A model generated the notes under the pieces. The model ran no database searches and had not been told where the DNA came from. It saw nothing but the letters and a program-made list of their open reading frames with translations. The translations under genes and the position numbers were made by a program. A DNA stretch of 64,000 bases, from assembly GCA_036550475.1 (NCBI GenBank), contig JAXKGH010000062.1:13835-77834 (forward strand), written 5' to 3'. This DNA is from Collinsella sp. (lineage in GTDB: Bacteria > Actinomycetota > Coriobacteriia > Coriobacteriales > Coriobacteriaceae). This document shows, in pieces, positions 59,553-64,000 of the stretch (position 1 is the stretch's first letter; every line of letters starts with the position of its first letter).

Positions 59553-60841
59553 TGGCCCGCTTCCCCCTTGTTCCCACGGCACCCGAGCCCGAGCGTGCCA
59601 TATTAGTTGGTGTTGAGTGGCGCGACAATGCGTGGCCGCTCGATCGTTCGCTTGACGAGCTTGAGCGCCTGGCCCATACGGCTGGCGCCCAGTGCGTGGC
59701 GCGTTTGTCACAGCGTCTGGTTAAGCCGTATCCAAAATCGTTTATCGGTTCCGGTAAGGTTGAAGAGCTGTGCGGCCTGGTGCATCGCATGGATGCCGAT
59801 GTCGTTATTTTTGACGACGACCTGACGCCCTCGCAGCAATCCTATTTGGAGAAAGCCGTGGGCGAGCCGGTAAAGATTATCGATCGTACAGCACTGATCC
59901 TGGATATCTTTGGCCTGCATGCTCAGACGCGTGAGGGACGCCTACAGGTACAGCTGGCGCAGCTTCAATATCTGTTGCCTCGTCTGCGTGGCATGTGGAG
60001 CCATCTTGCCAAGGAGCAGACGCGCGGCGGCATCGGTTCGCGCTTTGGCCAGGGTGAAAGCCAGCTCGAGGTTGACCGTCGCTTGATTCGCAATAAGATT
60101 GCCGCGCTTCGTCGTGAGCTCAAGCAGGTTGAACAGCGTCGCGATGTCCAGTCCAAGAGCCGCATTGAGTCACCGGCGTTTCGCGTCGCGTTAGCCGGTT
60201 ATACCAATGCCGGTAAATCGACGTTGCTCAATCGCCTGACCGGCTCTACGGTACTTTCGCAGGACAAGCTGTTTGCTACGCTCGACCCGACGACGCGTTC
60301 GTATCGCCTGCCCGGCGGTCGCGGCATGACGATTACCGATACCGTTGGCTTTATTCAAAAGCTACCGCATGGTCTCGTTGATGCCTTTAAGTCCACGCTG
60401 TCTGAGGTTCTTGGTGCCGATCTGATCCTTAAAGTTGTGGATGCCTCTGACGAGGACTACGAGCGCCAGCTCGAGGCAGTCGATCGCGTTCTTGACGAGA
60501 TCGGTGCCGGCGAGCGTTTGACGCTTACGGTGTTCAATAAAATCGATCTTCTCGATAGCGTTGATCGATTGAGTTTCCGTCGTCGCTATCCCGAGGCCGT
60601 GCTGTTCTCGGCCCAGACGGGCGAGGGACTCGACGATCTCGTCGACCGTATTGCTCGTGAGGCGGCTGCTACCGATGTGTTGCTCTCTGCTGATATCCCG
60701 TATCGCGAGGGCGCCCTCATCACGCTGGTGCATGAGCAGGGAACCCTTTTGCACGAGGAATATCTTGAGGACGGCGTTCGTATTGTGGCGAAACTGCCGG
60801 CCCGTATCGCGCCGCGGCTCGAGCGTTATCGCACCGAGTAG
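59552..60841 (+). CDS. hflX: GTPase HflX
   Basis: DRTALILDIF, GYTNAGKSTL, LFATLD and DTVGFI motifs. Confidence 0.97.
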   Translation: MARFPLVPTAPEPERAILVGVEWRDNAWPLDRSLDELERLAHTAGAQCVARLSQRLVKPYPKSFIGSGKVEELCGLVHRMDADVVIFDDDLTPSQQSYLEKAVGEPVKIIDRTALILDIFGLHAQTREGRLQVQLAQLQYLLPRLRGMWSHLAKEQTRGGIGSRFGQGESQLEVDRRLIRNKIAALRRELKQVEQRRDVQSKSRIESPAFRVALAGYTNAGKSTLLNRLTGSTVLSQDKLFATLDPTTRSYRLPGGRGMTITDTVGFIQKLPHGLVDAFKSTLSEVLGADLILKVVDASDEDYERQLEAVDRVLDEIGAGERLTLTVFNKIDLLDSVDRLSFRRRYPEAVLFSAQTGEGLDDLVDRIAREAAATDVLLSADIPYREGALITLVHEQGTLLHEEYLEDGVRIVAKLPARIAPRLERYRTE

Positions 60842-61530
60842 ACGAGCTCCAAAATGCCCAGAATGATGGGTTGATGCAGCAGATAAAAGGGGAGTGCATG
60901 ACGTCCAAGGCTGGCGAGCTCCGGGACGGGATTGGCGTAGGCCCAGCTTGGGGCGGTCTTATCGATTCCCTGCGCTATATGTGCGGCGAAGTATCCTGCA
61001 AGATACATAAAGATAAACGGGATGATGGGGTAGTAATCACCTGAGACAAACCCAGGGCTTGGAAATCCCAGCCACGCCAGGTAGGGGACAGGGTAGATCG
61101 TTTTGGGGATGCTCCAGGTGAGGGCAAACAACACAAGGCATAGGGACATGCCCCATCTCGCCGATATCTTCTTAAGGACGGGGTCGGTCAACGCCACGAT
61201 GCCGGTACATGCGGCCATGCAGTAGATGATGCCAAAATTAACCGAATCGTCGACTGAGACAAGTGTTGTTGCCAGCCAGACGACGAGTGCTGCTAAGGCG
61301 TATTTGGCGGCACGTTTGATATTGTTGCGCGAAAGGGTGCACATCCAACCCGCGATAAACAAAAATACCCAGCTGATGCTGGCGCGCCAGATGTCTTGAA
61401 AGACGGTCTGGGTAAACCAGGGCATATCCCAGTCGTACAGGTAGGCGAGATCGTAGCAAGCGTGAAAACCTGCCATTGAAATCATCGTAAACCCGCGGAC
61501 GGTATCAAAGATGGTGATGCGTTTTTGCAT
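60826..61530 (-). CDS. DUF1624 / heparan-alpha-glucosaminide N-acetyltransferase-like membrane protein
   Basis: RITIFDTVRG, FLFIAG, DYYPIIP and GRHALPFYLLHQP motifs; multiple TMs. Confidence 0.85.
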   Translation of the reverse strand: MQKRITIFDTVRGFTMISMAGFHACYDLAYLYDWDMPWFTQTVFQDIWRASISWVFLFIAGWMCTLSRNNIKRAAKYALAALVVWLATTLVSVDDSVNFGIIYCMAACTGIVALTDPVLKKISARWGMSLCLVLFALTWSIPKTIYPVPYLAWLGFPSPGFVSGDYYPIIPFIFMYLAGYFAAHIAQGIDKTAPSWAYANPVPELASLGRHALPFYLLHQPIILGILELVYSVR

Positions 61531-62174
61531 TACGAGAACCGGCGCATCAAGCCGACGACTTTGCCCAAGATAACGGGATTCGTTGCATAGATAGGCTCCA
61601 TGGTGTCATTTTCAGGCTGCAGACGTACGCGTCCCTGCTCCTTGTAGAACGTCTTGACGGTCGCTGAACCATCAATCATGGCTACGACAATTTCGCCGTT
61701 CATGGCACTCTTTTGTTCACGGACGATGATGTAATCGCCATTGAAGATGCCGACATTGATCATTGAGCTCCCATGTACCTCAAGGATAAAGGAACCCTGA
61801 TCAGTGGCGATTTCGGTCGGGATAGTAAAAGTGTCTTCGATATTCTGCTCGGCCAGAATGGGAATCCCAGCCGCGACGCGACCAACGAGCGGTAGCGAGA
61901 CCGTTCCGCGAGGTGCGGTGGGCTCGTCAGATTTAGAAATTGAGACAGAGGAACCGTCCTCGTTAAAGAGTTCCAGGGCGCGCGGTTTGGTGGCATCGCG
62001 CTTGAGTAGCCCGCGCGCCTCCAGAGCAGATAGATGGGCGTGCACGGTGCTGGGGGAGGAAAGGCCCACGGCAGAAGCCATCTCGCGCACGCTGGGCGGA
62101 TAACCCTTCTCCTGCTGATATTCCTTGATGAAGTCGTAAATTTGCTGCTGACGCTTGGTAATTTTGCGAGCCAT
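61530..62174 (-). CDS. lexA: SOS repressor LexA
   Basis: GYPPSVRE wHTH, VAAG cleavage site, GSSM serine and TVK lysine; GAGAGGA RBS. Confidence 0.98.
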   Translation of the reverse strand: MARKITKRQQQIYDFIKEYQQEKGYPPSVREMASAVGLSSPSTVHAHLSALEARGLLKRDATKPRALELFNEDGSSVSISKSDEPTAPRGTVSLPLVGRVAAGIPILAEQNIEDTFTIPTEIATDQGSFILEVHGSSMINVGIFNGDYIIVREQKSAMNGEIVVAMIDGSATVKTFYKEQGRVRLQPENDTMEPIYATNPVILGKVVGLMRRFS

Positions 62175-62197
62175 CAGGGCATCCTCTCTACCCATGT

Positions 62198-62267
62198 CAA
62201 ACAAATGTTCGAATTTTGCTTGACAGGAACAACTGTTCGAAGATAATAATAACCGAACATTCGTTCT
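62198..62267. promoter_or_regulatory. Three LexA boxes in the divergent lexA/LysM promoter region
   Basis: CAAAC-AAAT-GTTCG (62198-62211), GGAAC-AACT-GTTCG (62226-62239), CGAAC-ATTC-GTTCT (62254-62267); TTGACA at 62220. Confidence 0.88.
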
Positions 62268-62334
62268 CGCGCTAGACATTTTTGTCCGCGCGGCTTGATA
62301 AAACTGTTCTCAGCAAAACACGCGAGAGGAGAAC

Positions 62335-62787
62335 ATGATGAACGCAACGAATATGGTCCAGGGAAACCTCGCCCTTAAGCTCGAGACGCCTGCAGAACCC
62401 ACTTTTACGGTTGTTCAGGGTGGTCGTTCCGGCTTTCAGCCTTTGACCGCAAAGCCTGCTCGCAATCAGCAGGCTGTAGTCGCGCCGGGCCGCGTTGCCC
62501 TCAAGGTTCCGACGATTGTCGCCGTTGCCGTTGCGCTTACGCTCTTCTTTGTCCTCGCTACGTCGGTCTTTAGCGCGCGTCACGCCGCGTATGCCGAGTC
62601 CGTTTCCAACGTTACCTACGAGACCATTCGCGTTCAGCCTGGTGATTCCCTTTGGTCGCTTGCCGAGAAATATCCAATCGAAGGCCTTTCCACGCAAGAG
62701 ACTTCCGACATGATCCGTAACGTCAATCATCTGGAGCATGGTTCGCTCGCCGCCGGTGCGCATCTTAAGGTTCCTGCTCGTTCGTAA
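62335..62787 (+). CDS. LysM membrane protein, YneA/DivS-like SOS cell-division inhibitor
   Basis: Single TM then VQPGDSLWSLA...LKVP LysM; divergent from lexA and behind SOS boxes. Confidence 0.85.
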   Translation: MMNATNMVQGNLALKLETPAEPTFTVVQGGRSGFQPLTAKPARNQQAVVAPGRVALKVPTIVAVAVALTLFFVLATSVFSARHAAYAESVSNVTYETIRVQPGDSLWSLAEKYPIEGLSTQETSDMIRNVNHLEHGSLAAGAHLKVPARS

Positions 62788-62838
62788 TCATTATCGCGCT
62801 GCGCATGGTACCCTTGTTATCGTTTAAGAGGAGGTACC

Positions 62839-63282
62839 ATGCGCTGTCCCAAATGCGGCAAGGCACATACCCGCGTCGTTGATTCCCGTATGCAGGAGTC
62901 AAATAACACCATTAAGCGCCGTCGCGAATGTTGCTCGTGTAACTACCGCTTTACAACGTTCGAGCGATGCGAAGACCCAATTGAGGTCATTAAGTCGGAC
63001 GGAACCAAGCAGCGGTTCGATCGCAATAAGCTGCTCGTCGGCTTGATGCGCGCCACCATCAAGCGTGATATCGACACTAAGAAGCTCAATGAGATTATCG
63101 ATGACATCGAGGTCGAGCTGCGCTCTCGCACGCTGACGGCCGTCACGTCCCATGAGTTGGGTGACATGGTGCTCAAGCGCTTGGCCAAGATCGACAAGGT
63201 GGCTTACATCCGTTTTGCCTCGGTCTACCGCGATTTCAAAGACGTCGATGAGTTTCTGCAAGAGCTCGACAAGCTAAGGTGA
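62839..63282 (+). CDS. nrdR: Transcriptional repressor NrdR
   Basis: [28 protein letters not shown]-cone, [10 protein letters not shown]. Confidence 0.97.
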   Translation: MRCPKCGKAHTRVVDSRMQESNNTIKRRRECCSCNYRFTTFERCEDPIEVIKSDGTKQRFDRNKLLVGLMRATIKRDIDTKKLNEIIDDIEVELRSRTLTAVTSHELGDMVLKRLAKIDKVAYIRFASVYRDFKDVDEFLQELDKLR

Positions 63283-63286
63283 TTCC

Positions 63287-63730
63287 ATGTCCAGCATTAC
63301 CGTCAACATAAAGCGTCTCGACCCCACCGTCGAGCTTCCCAAATACGCCCATCCCACCGATGCCGGCTTGGATCTGCGCTCCAACGAGGACTGCGTCCTG
63401 AAGCCCTTCGAACGCCGTCTGGTCTCTACTGGGCTGGCCATCGGCCTGCCCGACGGTTACGCCGGCTTCGTCCAGCCCCGCAGCGGCTTGGCCATTAAGC
63501 AGGGCCTGTCTATAGTCAATACGCCGGGCCTCATCGACGCCCACTACCGAGGAGAACTCAAGGTTATCCTCATCAACCTGGATCCCTCCAACAACATCCA
63601 AATCAACAAAGGCGACCGCATAGCCCAACTCGTCATCCAAGAAGTCCCCACGGTCAACCTCATAGAGGTAGAAGAACTAGACGAAACCGACCGAGGCAAC
63701 GGAGGCTTCGGCTCCAGCGGCGTCGCTTAG
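63287..63730 (+). CDS. dut: dUTP diphosphatase
   Basis: [29 protein letters not shown] and [10 protein letters not shown] motifs. Confidence 0.97.
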   Translation: MSSITVNIKRLDPTVELPKYAHPTDAGLDLRSNEDCVLKPFERRLVSTGLAIGLPDGYAGFVQPRSGLAIKQGLSIVNTPGLIDAHYRGELKVILINLDPSNNIQINKGDRIAQLVIQEVPTVNLIEVEELDETDRGNGGFGSSGVA

Positions 63731-63765
63731 TCTTTTGCTTCGTTGAACGGAGTGTCGTAATGTCC

Positions 63766-63869
63766 GCTCGCCCCTGGGATGCCCCTATATATCATCCCGT
63801 GCTCAAACATTCTCGCTGCGCTGCGAAACTGCGCGCGGGACGATATATAGGGGCATCCCAGGGGCGAGC
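63766..63869. repeat. Long hairpin element, second core type (28-bp perfect arms)
   Basis: GCTCGCCCCTGGGATGCCCCTATATATC (63766-63793) and its exact reverse complement (63842-63869) around an imperfectly paired 48-nt core containing TCGCTGCGCTGCGA. Confidence 0.88.
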
Positions 63870-63943
63870 TACGTTTACATGCTCGCAATCGGTTATGGCT
63901 TCCCATCTGAAGCCTAATGCTGTATCTAGAAGCTGTGTCTAAC

Positions 63944-63994
63944 AAGTAATCCGATCTGACAAAGAGACGGCTCCTTTGTCAGATTGGATTACTT
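63944..63994. repeat. 21-bp inverted repeat (hairpin; terminator or element end)
   Basis: AAGTAATCCGATCTGACAAAG / CTTTGTCAGATTGGATTACTT with one G-T pair. Confidence 0.7.
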
Positions 63995-64000
63995 TGATTT

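Noticed and set aside
63727..63945. Short ORFs over the dut-distal hairpin
   Set aside because: No RBS or motifs; better explained by the palindromic element.

Overview
High-GC core-genome segment of a gut-type Coriobacteriia bacterium, most likely Collinsella. This is inferred from mIHF, the Firmicute-like rny/rnj/spoVS/comE genes and codon style; no database was used. It holds about 55 mostly + strand housekeeping genes: (rpsB)-tsf-pyrH-frr-uppS-cdsA-dxr-rseP-ispG-proS; a reverse-strand adhE plus APH-family kinase; an HUH/Y1 (RAYT-like) transposase between 48-bp inverted repeats; rpmB; a PyrR-attenuated pyrRBCKDF operon; mihF-gmk-rpoZ-thiI; comEA-comEC-holA; rpsT; lepA-dusB-hemW; two dnaJ-mtaB-phoH-ybeY-dgkA-era-recO; rpsO-pnp; rnj-ftsK-rodZ-yajQ-rimO-pgsA-cinA-recA-recX; rny-GHKL ATPase-spoVS; miaB-miaA-hflX; lexA with a divergent LysM gene; nrdR-dut. 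No rRNA, tRNA or CRISPR array was seen. The most unusual signals are non-coding: (1) long hairpin elements with a conserved, covarying core but locus-specific perfect inverted arms, one apparently copying adjacent host DNA (42140-42553, 63766-63869), flanked by strand-asymmetric A/C versus G/T sequence that extends into dut codons; (2) an 11-bp-phased TTTGGTC array ending in TTTTGG-N3-GACCGC shared by the comEA and recA upstream regions, a candidate competence regulon; (3) the inverted-repeat-flanked Y1 nuclease. Odd protein architectures include an RseP with a winged-helix-like insert, a DnaJ with a hydrophobic C-terminus and an RGG-rich RodZ.
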